The position numbers were made by a program, and so were the translations under genes. The notes under the pieces are model-generated. The model had not been told where the DNA came from. It did no database searches and saw nothing but the letters and a program-made list of their open reading frames with translations. A stretch of DNA of 63,558 nucleotides, the filler included, from Cercozoa sp. M6MM (lineage: Eukaryota; Protista; Endomyxa: Ascetosporea), in assembly GCA_040357565.1 (NCBI GenBank). It is 11 parts of 11 records of this genome, joined end to end, with 100 filler letters (N's around TTAATTAATTAA, not from the genome) between each part and the next. Parts side by side here need not be neighbours in the genome. Positions count along the whole stretch, not along the records: positions 1 to 18,598 come from JBDODJ010000231.1; positions 18,699 to 22,169 come from JBDODJ010001440.1; positions 22,270 to 25,483 come from JBDODJ010001556.1; positions 25,584 to 28,745 come from JBDODJ010001579.1; 7 more parts are not named here. One strand, written 5' to 3'. Of the stretch, positions 13,388 to 25,645 are shown piece by piece; the first letter of the stretch is position 1; every line of letters begins with the position of its first letter.

Positions 13388-16300
13388 ATGACCCGACGTG
13401 TTGACGTCGCAAGCTTGCTGCAAGGTCTCGAGGACGAATATGGCAGCAATTACCTCGATGTAGACGGCTGGCTCCAGGTATTTTTCGGCTATGTGTTTGT
13501 ATACCTTTTGCGCGTGCTATGTAACGCTGACTCGTTGTTGTGGCACGTGCAGTGGGGTGCAGCGTGGGTGGACTCCACGGTCGACTGGTTGAGCGACGAG
13601 CACATCCCGCCAGCTGCCACGGCTCCGTCTGTTCCGGCCGGAGGCGACACCGCCTTAATTCGAAAGTACGTCCGGCAGGTCGACCAGCTGTCCGACGCGT
13701 TTCGCAAGCGGCAGCGCCGCGTGCGACCGTCGCCAAGTACGACAACGTCGTCGACATCGGAGGACGAGAAGGACGACGAAACGCGAGTGCTCACATCGTG
13801 GCCCGAGCAGGTGCCGCATGTTGCATCGATCCCTGACGACATGCTCACTCTGAGGTCTGTTTCCTTTTTGCTTTCAAGCTCAAAGCTTTGTGATAGCTTC
13901 GCGAAGCTTTGTGATAGCTTCACGAAAGCTTTGTGATAGCTTCGCGAAAGCTTTGTGATAGCTTCGCGAAAGCTTTGTGATAGCTTCGCGAAAGCTTTGT
14001 GATAGCTTCACGAAAGCTTTGAAAGCTTTGCAAAACCTTTGCTTTGCGATAGCGTTGAAAGCATTGCGAAAGCTCGAAAAGCTTTGATTTCGCTTGGACA
14101 GCTTTGCGAAAGCTCTGAAAGCTTTGGATGTTTTCGGTTCCTCACTGAAAGCTGATACTTGTTGCTGCAGGACCTGCCGAGAGCACGTTCCGACAGAGTT
14201 TTTCGCTCCAGTTTCGTTGTTTTCCGTGTTCTCGTCCGAGCCGTTGCAGAACTTTGATCAGAACGTTGGCGGTGGGTTTCTTCTCCCCTTCGGAACTGTT
14301 GATTTGAACGTGTGCTGGTGTGGCTGTAGACGGCGAGTCGAAAGAAGAAAGCGACGTCTCACGCATGAGCGATCTCGTCGAGTGCGCGCTCATTCGACAG
14401 GTGTCGCTGCGTCGCAGCGCTTTCTTCGGCGCACTCACGTCGCTGCAGGAACTTTCTCGCGAATCTCATGAAACGCAGCAACAGGGTACGGCTCGCTTTC
14501 ACGTGGTTTAGGTCTTCACATGCTTTCACACGTTTTCACATGCTTTCACAACGTGCTTAATTGTTTGTCCCTGTGCTTTGTGGGAAATGACGTTATTCTA
14601 TACGATTTCTCTGCATTTTCTCGTTGCTTCACGTGTGTATTTTGTGCTTTCGCTGAGTTTCGTTTGCTTTCGCTGCCGTTTCGCATGTTTCACTTCGCTT
14701 CCGCATGCTTTCGCGATATTTCACGGAGCTTTCGCTTGCTTTCGCTTGCTTTCGCGTTGTTTCACGCAGCTTTCACGAAGCTTTCGCGTACTCTCGCAAA
14801 GCTTTCGCTTATTCTCGCAGAGCTTTCGCGTTGTTTCGAAGCTTTCGCGTTGTTTCGCGAAGCTGTTGCGTGTTTCGCATGAAGTCGTTGGTGTGTGCTT
14901 GCGCAGTGGCGGCGGCGAGACAGGTGCTGCGCGAGGCGCGGCAGAAGGCGGCAGAACCGCTGGAGTTGCTGGCGCTGAAGAAGCGCGAGAGACGCGCTTC
15001 GCAAGTGCTGCAACTGACGCGAAAAGTGCGCGAGATCTGCGTGCTGCGAAACAAAGCGAAAGCTGCGCTCGGAAGCGACGATGTCGAAACTTGCGCCGCT
15101 GCGATTCAACTCGCTTGGCAGATTCGGTATTTCACATTGGAGGCAGGGAGGTAGGGGGAGGCTAAACTTGCTAGTAAGCATGTTGGTACGACAGAAGCGA
15201 GGACGCGCGATTGAGTGGCGTGCAATGTCTCAACTCGGTCGTTGAAGAACTCAGTGAGTGTCGGCAGATGCTGCGCGAGCGACTGATGCGACGCATGCTG
15301 CGTGTACTGCTGCCACCTGAGGAGATACATCGTGATGTGTACTGCCTCTCTTTTACCCTCCAATTTACCCCATTTTACCCCCTATTTTATCCCCCCATTT
15401 TACCTCCATTTTATCCCCCATTTTACCCCCTATTTTATCCCCCCATTTTACCCCCTATTTTATCCCCCATTTTACCTCCATTTTATCCCCCATTTTACCT
15501 CCATTTTATCCCCCATTTTACCTCCATTTTATCCCCCANNNNNNNNNNNNNNNNNNNNNNNNNNNNNNNNNNNNNNNNNNNNNNNNNNNNNNNNNNNNNN
15601 NNNNNNNNNNNNNNNNNNNNNNNNNNNNNNNNNNNNNNCCCCCCCCCCCCCCACAGGGAGGAGTCGTCATGCCAGGCAGCTGCGCCGGTGCTGCGGCAGT
15701 TGCTGCTGCTGCGCGAACACGAGTGCGTGGCGGACTCTCTGCACGCAGGCATGAGTGAGCACTACCACGAGTTGCTCAAGACGCGACTCACTGACACTGT
15801 GACTGAGTTGGACGGCCTCGTTGACAGCAGGCACGGCATCAAGTCGCGTGTGCAGGTTCCTACCTTTTCGCCCCCTGTTTACCCCCTGTTTACCCCCCTG
15901 TTTACCCCCCCCTGTTTACTCTCATGTTTACCCTCTGTTTACCCCCCTGTTTACCCCCCTGTTTACCCCCCTGTTTACCCTCTGTTTACTCACATTTACC
16001 TCCCTGTTTGCCCCCCTTCTTAGGCACTGCGAAGTGAGCACTTCCAGCGACTGCTGGGTCGTCTGTTTGCGCCGCTGTTGGGTAAAGCTTCACCCCTCCC
16101 CCTTTACACCCCCCCTTTACCCTTTACCCCCCTCTTTACCCCCCTTTACCCCCCTTTACCCCCTCTTTACCCCTTGACCCCTCTTTTACCCCTGTGCTTT
16201 CTCTTTACCCCCCGCAGTGTCATGGCGCCGACTGGACGACGGTTGGAGCGCGGTGCTGTCGCAAGTAGAATCGGCCGACCGCGCGGAAGCATTGATGGCG

Positions 16301-18438
16301 CACTTTTGCGCCGCGCGGAACGGTGAAGTCGACAGTGCGCACGTGCGACTGGCGACAGTGCTCAAGTGGCACACGTGCGACAACCTGTCGCTGCGTCAGG
16401 CGACGGCACTGCAGCACAGCGTTTCTTCCTTCGCTCGGCAGTCGGAACTGCTCTGTGCGCGGCCTGTGCTGCCCCTCCGTGCGGTATGCTGTCTGTATGT
16501 ATGTCTGCATGTATGTCTGTATGTATGTATGTATGTATGTATGTATGTATGTATGTATGTATGTCTGTATGTATGTATCAATGTATGTCTGTATGTCTGT
16601 GTGTTTGCATTTGTGTTTGCTTTTGTGTTTGCTTTTGTGTTTGTATTTGTGCATGTGTGTATGTATGTGTGTATGTGTATATATATATATGTATGTCTGT
16701 ATGTCTGTATGTATGTCTGTATGTCTGTATGTATGTATGTATGTATGTATGTATGTCTGTATGTCTGTATGTCTGTATCTATGTATGTATGTCTGTTTGT
16801 CTGTGTGTATGTATACTATATGTATGTACTTGTGTCTCTATCCGTTCATCTATCAATCTATCCATTTATCTGTCCATACCTACCTACCCACTATCTACCC
16901 ACCCACTCACCTACCTCCCTATGTAAACCAGGCGTGCACCCGGGTATTGGAGCGTTTCGCCCAACATGCGCACAAGGACGCGCTGACGCACATCGACAGC
17001 GTCATGAGTCTGGAGCGCTGGCGGCGCACACAGGTGCCGCGGCACATGCAGGCCATGCTGGACGCGGCTCTACTGACTGACGGTCGCACAGGCAGTCGGC
17101 ACACGGACGAAGCTCTGGTGGCACAGGTCACTGTGCGCACGAGTGACTTCTTTGGTCAGTCACAAGACACCCAGATCACAGAGGTCACACAGGGCTCTGA
17201 GGCAGTTGGAGCACTCAGTTTCCAGGTCGCCAGTGCCGCCTTGGTGCTGCTGCAGCGTCTGCAAACTCTCGTGGCCACCTGTCAGGCGCTCAGTCTGCCT
17301 GGTGCGTGTTTTACCCCCCCCCCACCTATTACCCCCTACCTTTATCCCCACTACCTATACCCCCCTCCCCGCAGGTAGTGTCCAGGCAGCCGCCTTGATT
17401 CGGCGATTCGATCTGCGTTGCAAACAACAAGTGCTACAAGCTGGCGCGATTCGGACTGCGCAGTTGTCGGTAGTTTTACCCCCCCCCCCCAGTTACCCCT
17501 CAGTTATCCACCCCCTTACCCCCCTGTTTACCCCCTCCCTCCTTAGAGTATAACGGCTCCGCACCTGTGCATAGCGTCGCAGTCGATCGGTTTCGTGCGT
17601 TGGCTATTGCCGCTACTGCACGAGGCTTTGGACACTCGTTCCGACGCCGTGAGTTCCCCCATGCCATGCTTCCTTGCCCCCTTTACCATACCTTTTTACC
17701 CCTTACCACCCCTTACCCCCCTCGCCACCCCGGCAGTCGCGCGCGCTGCAACTGAGCGAGCTGCGGCACATTGGCGATGAATTGCTTGCACACAGAGGTA
17801 CAAATGGACCGTACTGGTGTACAAATGAGCCGTCCAACTGGACAGTTAAATTGAGGACATCGTGCCGTTCAAATGGACCGTACATATGTGTAGCCCAGTT
17901 GCGGCGCAAACTGGCGTCGATTCTGCGCGGTGTGTGCGACTCGGCGGTGGCACGTGTCGACTCAGTGACCACTGAGGGTTCCACTGACGGTAGCGGCAGT
18001 GTCACTGGGATCAGCGCCGTCAGTGGCAGTGCCAGTGGCACCGTCAGTGTCAGCGGCGACAGTGTCAGCGATCACTCCGACCACGTGGAACCGGCGGCCG
18101 CACTCGTCGATCTCATGCGACTCACTGGTACGACCTCACTGGCGTGTGCTCCACTGGGACATGTGCTACACTGGGACATGTGCACGGTGTGACTGGGGCA
18201 CGTGTGCGTGTGTGTATGTGTATGTCTATGTGTATGTGTCTATGTGTATGTGTCTATGTGTATATGTGTATGTGTATGTGTCTATGTGTATGTGTATGGT
18301 ATGTGTGCAGACAAGCTGTGCCGCATCGTGCGGCGCGACCTCGAGTCGGCCGAGTCGGCGCGCGTGCTGCCGCTACTGGACGCCGTGCTGGCCGAGTCGC
18401 TGCCGCGCGCGCTTCGTGCGCCCAAGCCTGCTGCCAGG
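13388..18438 (+). CDS. VPS54: GARP complex subunit VPS54-like, 3' truncated at contig end
   Basis: C-terminal exons give LIRRFDLRCKQQVLQAGAIRTAQL..ITAPHLCIASQSI, matching the Vps54 motif FNSRxxQLVLGAGA..GLKxITAKHLALASQS. The N-terminal part has VPTEFF and LSRMSDLVECALIRQVS..FFGAL. Confidence 0.8.
13882..14030. repeat. Intronic tandem array of a 22-23 bp unit AAGCTTTGTGATAGCTTC(G/A)CGA(A), about 6 copies plus a degenerate tail
   Basis: Directly visible inside a VPS54 intron. The first junction forms the perfect palindrome AGCTTCGCGAAGCT. Confidence 0.95.
14515..14885. repeat. Intronic degenerate (GCTTTCGC/TTTCAC)n array
   Basis: Many TTTCGC/TTTCAC words inside a VPS54 intron, related in vocabulary to the 13882 array. 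Confidence 0.8.
15350..16215 (+). repeat. Three intronic (TTTACCCC/TTTATCCCC)n arrays
   Basis: At about 15350-15538, 15870-16000 and 16095-16213, each between VPS54 exons. Confidence 0.9.
16490..16920 (+). repeat. Intronic compound microsatellite (GTAT/GTCT)n followed by (CTAT/CTAC)n
   Basis: Directly visible. It is the source of the spurious MYVC-repeat ORFs. Confidence 0.95.
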
Positions 18439-18598
18439 GTAGCCACTTTCTCAGGGGGTGTGGGCTTGAGGCCTACCTACCTACCTCTACCTACCTACCT
18501 ACCTACCTACCTACCTACCTACCTACCTACCTANNNNNNNNNNCCTACCTACCTACCTACCTACCTACCTACCTACCTACCTACCTACCTTACCTACC

Positions 18599-18697
18599 NN
18601 NNNNNNNNNNNNNNNNNNNNNNNNNNNNNNNNNNNNNNNNNNTTAATTAATTAANNNNNNNNNNNNNNNNNNNNNNNNNNNNNNNNNNNNNNNNNNN
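18599..18697. other. Artificial contig linker (N-run, TTAATTAATTAA, N-run); also at about 22214, 25528, 28790, 30224, 36717, 52552, 58248, 59996 and 61487
   Basis: Identical 12-mer with stops in all six frames, flanked by equal N-runs. Genes on either side are truncated and unrelated. Confidence 0.97.
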
Positions 18698-18719
18698 NGG
18701 GGGGGGGGGATTAAAGAAT

Positions 18720-20715
18720 ACCCTCATCCTCATCGAGCAAGTAGGCCATCTGGCGCTGTCGGAAAGTCTCAAGTGCTTGTCTACACAAGTGGGTAAAGGG
18801 GGTAAAGGGGGTAAGGGCAAACGGTACCTGGCATCAAGGCCCGGGTTGGCAGCGCAGGTCTTGTGGATGGCATCGCACACGGCGTACACCAGGTAGCGGT
18901 CGAACTGGTCGCGTGGGAACTACAGACACAGGCAGAAATACCAAGTCTCTTATTCCTACCTTCTCCACCCCTACACTATCACTCGATCACAAGAACACGC
19001 AAGCCTACCTCAGCATCTGAGAGGGCATTGATACGGTCGTACATGTCGCCACCTGTGTCATTAACGTATACAGAACTACAACACAGTCGCGCAAGGGCAA
19101 GGTACTGGTGATGGCGGCAGCCCACTTGGGCATGTGCTCGCATACGTCCATAGCTGCTGCTCGTGCCTGTCCAGAGGGGTATCGGGGTATGGGGTTAAAG
19201 GGGTGGGGTAACATAGAAACATACCAGCATGCGCATGACAGGTCGCATCTCGAGCACTTCCTCTCGCGTCAGAGGCGCCAGGATCGGAATGTCCGACATG
19301 CGCAGCCATCTAGGACGGGGGGGGGGGGTAAGGGGTATAGAGGGTGGGGGGGGGGGTACCGCTGGTGCCACATGTCCCAGGTGCTGGCGTCATCGTCGGG
19401 CACGCACAGCAGCTCGTGGAACAAGAAAGCCAGCGGCTTAAAGTACGCGTTGGCCATGCCCTGCTCGACTGCCGACCTCTGTTCGTATAACAGTATAAAC
19501 GTACCACCAGAAGACTATAGAAAGGGGCGTCAGGATTCGAACATGACTGTACCAAAAAGTCACGGCGATCGTCCTCGTTGCGGATGTGGCATAGGTGGCG
19601 CAGCCACTTGATGGCCACGTTCGGCTCCAGCAGTTTGCTCGACTGCGTGCCTGAGGAGAGGGTAACGGGGGTAACGGGGGGGGGGGTAAAAGTACCATCG
19701 AACTCCTCGTACGTCATCGGTTGACGCGCCTCGAAGTCACTAAACGGGGGGGGGGGGGGGTAAAGGGGGTGGGATGGGAATACACAGCCTACCTGTCAAA
19801 GTTGCGACGCATAGCGAGCTTCTGCAGACGAAGTTGCACGCCGACCTAAGTAAGTACATGTTGTGAGTCCATATGTACGGTCAGAATGGACCGGTGCGGA
19901 CTGATAAGGGAGTACCTCCTTGAGGACTTCGGCAAAGTCGACTTCCTCCTGCAGCGCATACCTGTCCAGAGCCTACAGACGCACGTGTATCAGGACAGGA
20001 ACAGGGACAGGACAGGAGGTCACTTTGAATATGGGAGAGCACCTCCTGCAGAACGTTCTGCGCCTGCTCGTAGAAGGAGAGGTGCTTGATGCGACTGCGC
20101 AGCAGTTCCACGCCGCCTTGCATCAGCATGCGCTTGGTCTATGTGTACATCTAGTTCTCTGCTTTACCCCCCTCTTGCCTTCTTTTGCGCCACCCTCTTA
20201 TTCTTCACAAAGACACAGGGAGTACCTGCTCGGCCGACATGCCTTCCTCGAAGAGATGCTCAAGGTCATCGTCGTCCACTGCCAACGGGGGGGGGGGGGT
20301 AAAGCAACTCAAAGAAGCAAAAGCACAAAGGAAGCTACGCTGGTTGAGAAGAACTGCAGCCTCGTAAATGTCATCCTCAGTGAAGTACAGCGTCTGCAGC
20401 GCGAACATCTCCGGTTCCTGTACATAAGGGGGGTTGAGGGGAACAAAGAACGTAAAGAGTAAGGGTAAAATGAGTAAAGGAGGTAAATGCATACACACCT
20501 CCTCGTTCACCACGGCCTGTTCCATCGCCTGGCGTGACAGCTCACTGCACCCGGGGGTTGTATCATCAACATACATATACACAGTGTGCTAGATAAACTC
20601 AAAGGATACCTGGCGTGCTTGAGACGCTCCTCGCGCGCGACTTCACTCATGTCCTGCGCCAGCATCTCGGCCGCCTGGACAGAACAGATACACATACACA
20701 TACATACACACACAC

Positions 20716-20756
<41 letters not shown>

Positions 20757-20967
20757 TACTAGATGACTTACCTGGGACGGGCCAACCTTCTCGGTGCCGC
20801 CCATCTTCTTCAGTTGAAACTCTGGGTTCTTGCGCGCCAGCACGGCGGGGTCTGTGGCGAAAAGGCGCGCCTACGAGCCTCGAAACGGTGTAGATACACA
20901 GCCTCCAAAGATCAACACATGCGAAACACACATTGCGTCGCGCAAGTCGGCGCGAAAGCAGCATCAT
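18720..20967 (-). CDS. Hypothetical multi-exon alpha-helical protein with a mitochondrial-type presequence, 3' truncated
   Basis: Starts MMLLSRRLARRN. About 15 or more short exons with GT-AG boundaries (e.g. EPEMFALQTLYFTEDDIYEAAVLLNQ; MANAYFKPLAFLFHELLCVPDDD). No family recognised. Confidence 0.7.
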
Positions 20968-21781
20968 TGTAAGTCCGTCCGTGCTGTCGAAACTTGCAGG
21001 ACACGTGTACTCTAGTGCGGCCAGAGCGTGCAGGATATGTAAGCTGACGCTGCCTTAACAATGACGACGTATAGTCCCGGCTCCGGTTCGGAGCCCATTC
21101 TGCATAGGACTGCTGGCTCACTTGCAGAATCACTTTTGCAGGTTGTGCCTTAGCCCAACTGCATACTAAGGTGCTTGCCACTGACCGGAACGCTAGCCCC
21201 GAAGCCTCGCAAAAGCCGCAATCTAAAAAGGAGTTGCCTCGGCAGTCGGTGTGATCTGTCGTGTTCCAGTACGACCACTGCGGTTACGTTCACCGCACCC
21301 GACCGGCATCGCGTTTCCACAGACTGGGTGAGTTTTCTGCACCTTGCTTGCATTTCTTCCGTGGTCGCAGCCACAGCAGGCCCAGCGCTTGGCTTGTTTC
21401 ATTGATCTTTTTATTGTGTTGACCACTTGCAAGTGGCCGTTTCTCGATGATTCTCGCGACTTCTTTTGACCTGCGCTGATCGGTGTTTGTTGGTGGAAGT
21501 GCAGTTTTGAGTGCTGAGTTTGTTGGCCCCGCTTTCACGCCCAACGAGGCTTGCGCACGTGTGTGTCGTGTTTGTGTCGTTTGTGTCTTTGTTTTTCGGT
21601 CGTTTCTCTGATGCGTCGTCAGCGTCGCGCGTCTTTGGGCAGTGTGCGTTTTCCCGATCCTTTTCTCGCATCAAGCGAGCTGCCCATCGTTTCTCATCGT
21701 TCCTTGCACATTTGCTGGTGTGGACGAGCATTTCTGGTGCCGTCGGAGCATACGCGTTGTGTGTGTGTGTGCGCGCTATAG

Positions 21782-22062
21782 ATGTCGCAGCTCCAAGAGA
21801 CACCAGTGCTCTCGCAAGAACCGGCGCCCATGCAGCAGTCAGGGCAGGCCGGCGCTTACACGCCAATGGGTCCTGTACCCGAGCTGCGTGGCGATGAGGT
21901 GTGTCACTGCTCTAACATCCTTGTCATTCACACTCGGGCCGTGGTGTTTTCTCAGGTGAGATGCGGTGATCGGCTGACTCGCAAGGAAGACAAGCGCGTG
22001 CAGAAGCGCGTGCGCGCTGCCGTGAAGTCGTCGTCGACGTCGTCTGTCTTTGCTGTCGAGAC
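21782..22062 (+). CDS. Hypothetical protein, first two exons (truncated)
   Basis: MSQLQETPVLSQEPAPM..GDE | VRCGDRLTRKEDKRVQKR with an in-frame GT-AG intron, then a (CT)n intron at the contig end. Confidence 0.55.
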
Positions 22063-22067
22063 TGTAA

Positions 22068-22166
<99 letters not shown>

Positions 22167-22294
22167 CCCNNNNNNNNNNNNNNNNNNNNNNNNNNNNNNN
22201 NNNNNNNNNNNNNTTAATTAATTAANNNNNNNNNNNNNNNNNNNNNNNNNNNNNNNNNNNNNNNNNNNNGGGGGGGGGGGTCAAACAGTCCTAG

Positions 22295-23696
22295 GTACCT
22301 GTCGCAAGAGTTCCGGTCGCTGCTGCTCCTTACCTGGTCAGTGCCGACCCCACTTCTTAGGTGGTATGTGATTAAGTTTAGTCGCGCCTCTGGAAGCACG
22401 TCCAGCAAGGGTGGCAGGACTTGCAGAGCACTCTATCTTGTACAAGCAGTACACATGCATAATTGAAGAATGAAGGTCGAAGGATGAAGCTGCGCGCGTA
22501 CCTCGCCCTCGCGGAAGACAACGAGATTGTGCCTAATCACGTCGTTCTCTGAGACACGAGCCATGGCTTCCTCCAACGCTTCAGAGCTGACCTCGCCGTC
22601 CTTTCAAACAACGCATATGTTACAACTCAGAGCAGACACAAAGAGACTGTCTGCATACCTTTTCTTTGCTTGAGTCACTGGCTCGAACAATGTTGGCAAC
22701 ACTCTCGCGCAACGCAGTCTCCGCCGTGGCACCATCGAAGAGTCGCAGCATGTTGCAGGACTGCGCAAGTCGTTGTTAAACTGTGTTGTGTGAACACAAC
22801 AAAAATGGGCTGCGATACCTTCAAGTTCAAAGCCAAGAGTGAATCGGGTGTCGCATCAAGAAAGGGCTGTAACAACTGGTTCGACACGTCATGATAGTCG
22901 AGTTCGAAGTAGCACATGGCAATGTAGACTTGCAGTGCGACAAAGCTCCGGTGCTTCACCAACACTTTCTTGTACACGTCGGCAGCCTTCAGTTCGCACA
23001 AGTTGTGATAGTTTACATCAGTACACTACAATCAAAAATGTCAGAGAATACCTCCTGAAATTGCCGTCTTGCGAAGTAAACTGCAGCCAAGCAAAGTTGT
23101 TCGGCAACAGAAGCAAGTTGCTGTGCGTCGCTTTCGTCAACAGAGGCAGCTTCTTCCTGCCGCGCCATCGCTTCCTTCGGTTCCTCGAGCTGTTCGATAA
23201 ATTGCATCACCATCCGCTGCTCTTCGCGTTGTTCGGCAATATGTAACAACAATCTCGTGCGCAAGGAGCTGTGTGGTGTCTCTTCGGCGAGTTCGCGCGC
23301 CTGCCTGAGCATGCCGAGATGAAACATGCAGCACGCAGTCTCCAGGCGCGCTGCTTCCCCCGCGCTTTTGTAAGCTGCCAAAGCGCACTCGAAGTCGCCC
23401 AGATGAAAGGCGGCGTACCCGAGCCACATGGCCAATTCAGTGTCGCTCAAAGCTGCGCCATCTTTCACATTGCCGATTCTACCATGCGACCATCGTCGTG
23501 ACTCTTTTTGCGACTGCAACAGCGTTAGTGCACCTGCAAAATCTCTCGCTCGAAGCAACCAATCGAGCGACAACTCGTCTCGCGCCTCTTCCTGCCACTT
23601 GTGCTCGTTCGTCGCATTAGCACTCACCGCGATGGCTGCGCGGCGAGTCGTTTGCTGACTCGACGACTTTGCCGTCGCCGCCCGGGAGAGAAACAT
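22295..23696 (-). CDS. TTC26: Intraflagellar transport protein 56 / TTC26 (TPR), 3' truncated
   Basis: [91 protein letters not shown]. Confidence 0.93.
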
Positions 23697-24102
23697 TTTC
23701 TGAAACCCTAGCCGAGAGACTCTAAAAATGACGAACCAACCCGACCAGGCAGCAGTCCGTCCTTTGAGTCGCCACTGGAATGCCCACCGATATCAGCCTC
23801 GGTGCTGGGAACTCAGTTCAGTGGAAAGTATCAAAATGGTATTTTCTTCGCTTCCGCGCGGAACTCGTGTCGCTCGGATTGGCTTTCGACTGACCAGCGC
23901 AGACCGAACTGGCTGAACAAATCGAGCGAATGCATCCGCTCGCCTGCAGCGCAACGTAAGCGAACGAAAGAGAAGTCCCTACGCTACTAAATTAGAATTA
24001 CGTTGAAACTAAACGAACGGAAGGAAAGCCAAGCGGTCGCGAAACTTCGGCTCGCGGCGGTCGGGTTAAAGCGACGCGACGAGCGTATTTTTTATTTGTT
24101 AA

Positions 24103-25430
24103 TCAGACGATTCCGCCCTGTCGCGCGCGATGCAGCATGACGAACATCAGCACGACCGAGAAGAAGCCCAGGAGCACTGCAATCCATCACAGGGAGGTCA
24201 ACATAGTGCGTATACTACTGGGGGAAGGGGTAGGGGTATGGGTACAGTTCTCAAGTGAGACATCCTGCAGTGCATCGCGCAAGAAAACGACACCAGGCAG
24301 CCTCTCGACTAGCTGAGTGATCGAACTGGCAGCGACACCGTCAGTAACAGTGTTGATGAGGTTGGAGATACTCGAGAGCAGCAGTGACATCTATGCTCAT
24401 CCATTCATACTACCACTAACAAACGGCAAGTGAGACAGGTACCCTGGTGACAGCACTGTCCAGTATGCTGATGCACAACCGCCGCAAGGCCGAAATTGTG
24501 TCTCTCGGGTGCGTTACCGCCGTGTACATCGTCTGGGGTAAGAGGAGGTAAAGCGGAGGGGTGGGGATAAGGGGGAGTACAGACGCAGCGGCACGCACTT
24601 CGAGCAGCGCGAGCGATAGCGCCACCGCCGCCACGGCTTCCTCGTCCGCGCGGAGCGCCGCCCGATAGTACGCACGCGCCACTCTTAGGTCCTGCAGGAC
24701 CAGACGTAGGGGCTAAGTGGAAGGATAAAGGGTCAAGTACCGAGCCAACGCCGTGTGCAAAGTCGCTCATGTAGCCGAGGTTCCACATGGCATGTGCGTC
24801 ACCCCCCTCTGCCGCTAGTCTACGGGGGGGGGGGGGGGGGGGAAAGGAGGGGGTAGGAGGGGTGGGCGAGTGGAGGGTAAGAGTGCCACCTGTAGTACTT
24901 GGCAGCAATGCGCACCTCCTGCGAATACTCAGACAGGTCGAAAGAAGGCAGACCACGCTGGTCGAGTTCGAGTTCGCTGCCACTGTCGCTGCCTTGGCTG
25001 CCTTCGCTCACAGTATCGTTACTCGAAGTGCCTCGCGACACCGCGTCCAACAATCCACTGTCGGCACGCCGCGGCATGTGTGCCACGCTCCTATGGGACA
25101 ACACATTGGGGTAGAGGAAGGGTAGGGATAATGGGAAAGGTAGGGGTCAAGGGTGGGGTAGGGGTAAAGGGTGGGGCAAAACCGTTGCGGTGGCACAGGC
25201 GCACTGGTGACAGCGTCGGCCTTGAGTGCACCGTGCGAGTAGGGCGCCGGCATCGACCACGTCTGCGCCGTCAGTCGCGGGAGCTCCGGCTCCCTGCAGG
25301 TTAGGACAGTCCAAATTTTAGCCAGTCCATCCGGACCAGTCTGGTCCTTCCTGGTTAGTCCATTTGTACCAGTACAGATCGCCCAACTGACGCGCTGCGT
25401 CCGCCACGCGCTGCTGCGCCGCCATGTGCA
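24103..25430 (-). CDS. SEL1L: SEL1L/Hrd3 ERAD component, C-terminal part (Sel1 repeats plus C-terminal TM); 5' truncated
   Basis: AMWNLGYMSDFAHGV, DLRVARAYYRAAL..AVALSL, and a terminal TM LLLGFFSVVLMFVML before TGA at 24103. Confidence 0.8.
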
Positions 25431-25645
25431 GGTACTGCGCATTCACATGGGGGTAAAGGACTGAGGGTAAAAGAGTAGGAGGTNNNNNNNNNNNNNNNNN
25501 NNNNNNNNNNNNNNNNNNNNNNNNNNNTTAATTAATTAANNNNNNNNNNNNNNNNNNNNNNNNNNNNNNNNNNNNNNNNNNNNAAAAAGGGGGTAAAAAG
25601 GAGCAGGTGAAACGAGGTTAAGTAGGGCAAATGGAAACCAAACTT

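Noticed and set aside
13882-14030. CRISPR-like array (also considered for 60891-61052)
   Set aside because: Units are contiguous with no unique spacers, lie inside eukaryotic introns and have no cas genes nearby.
15350-16215. Interstitial telomeric repeats
   Set aside because: Units (TTTACCCC and variants) are heterogeneous, do not match TTAGGG/TTTAGGG on either strand and are confined to introns.
16217-17378. Long ORFs rich in MYVC/CVCV/HTHT/YLPT
   Set aside because: Translations of stop-free intronic microsatellites.
18643-18654. Recurrent TTAATTAATTAA palindrome as a biological element
   Set aside because: Always centred in equal N-runs between unrelated truncated genes. It is an assembly linker, so synteny across it is meaningless.
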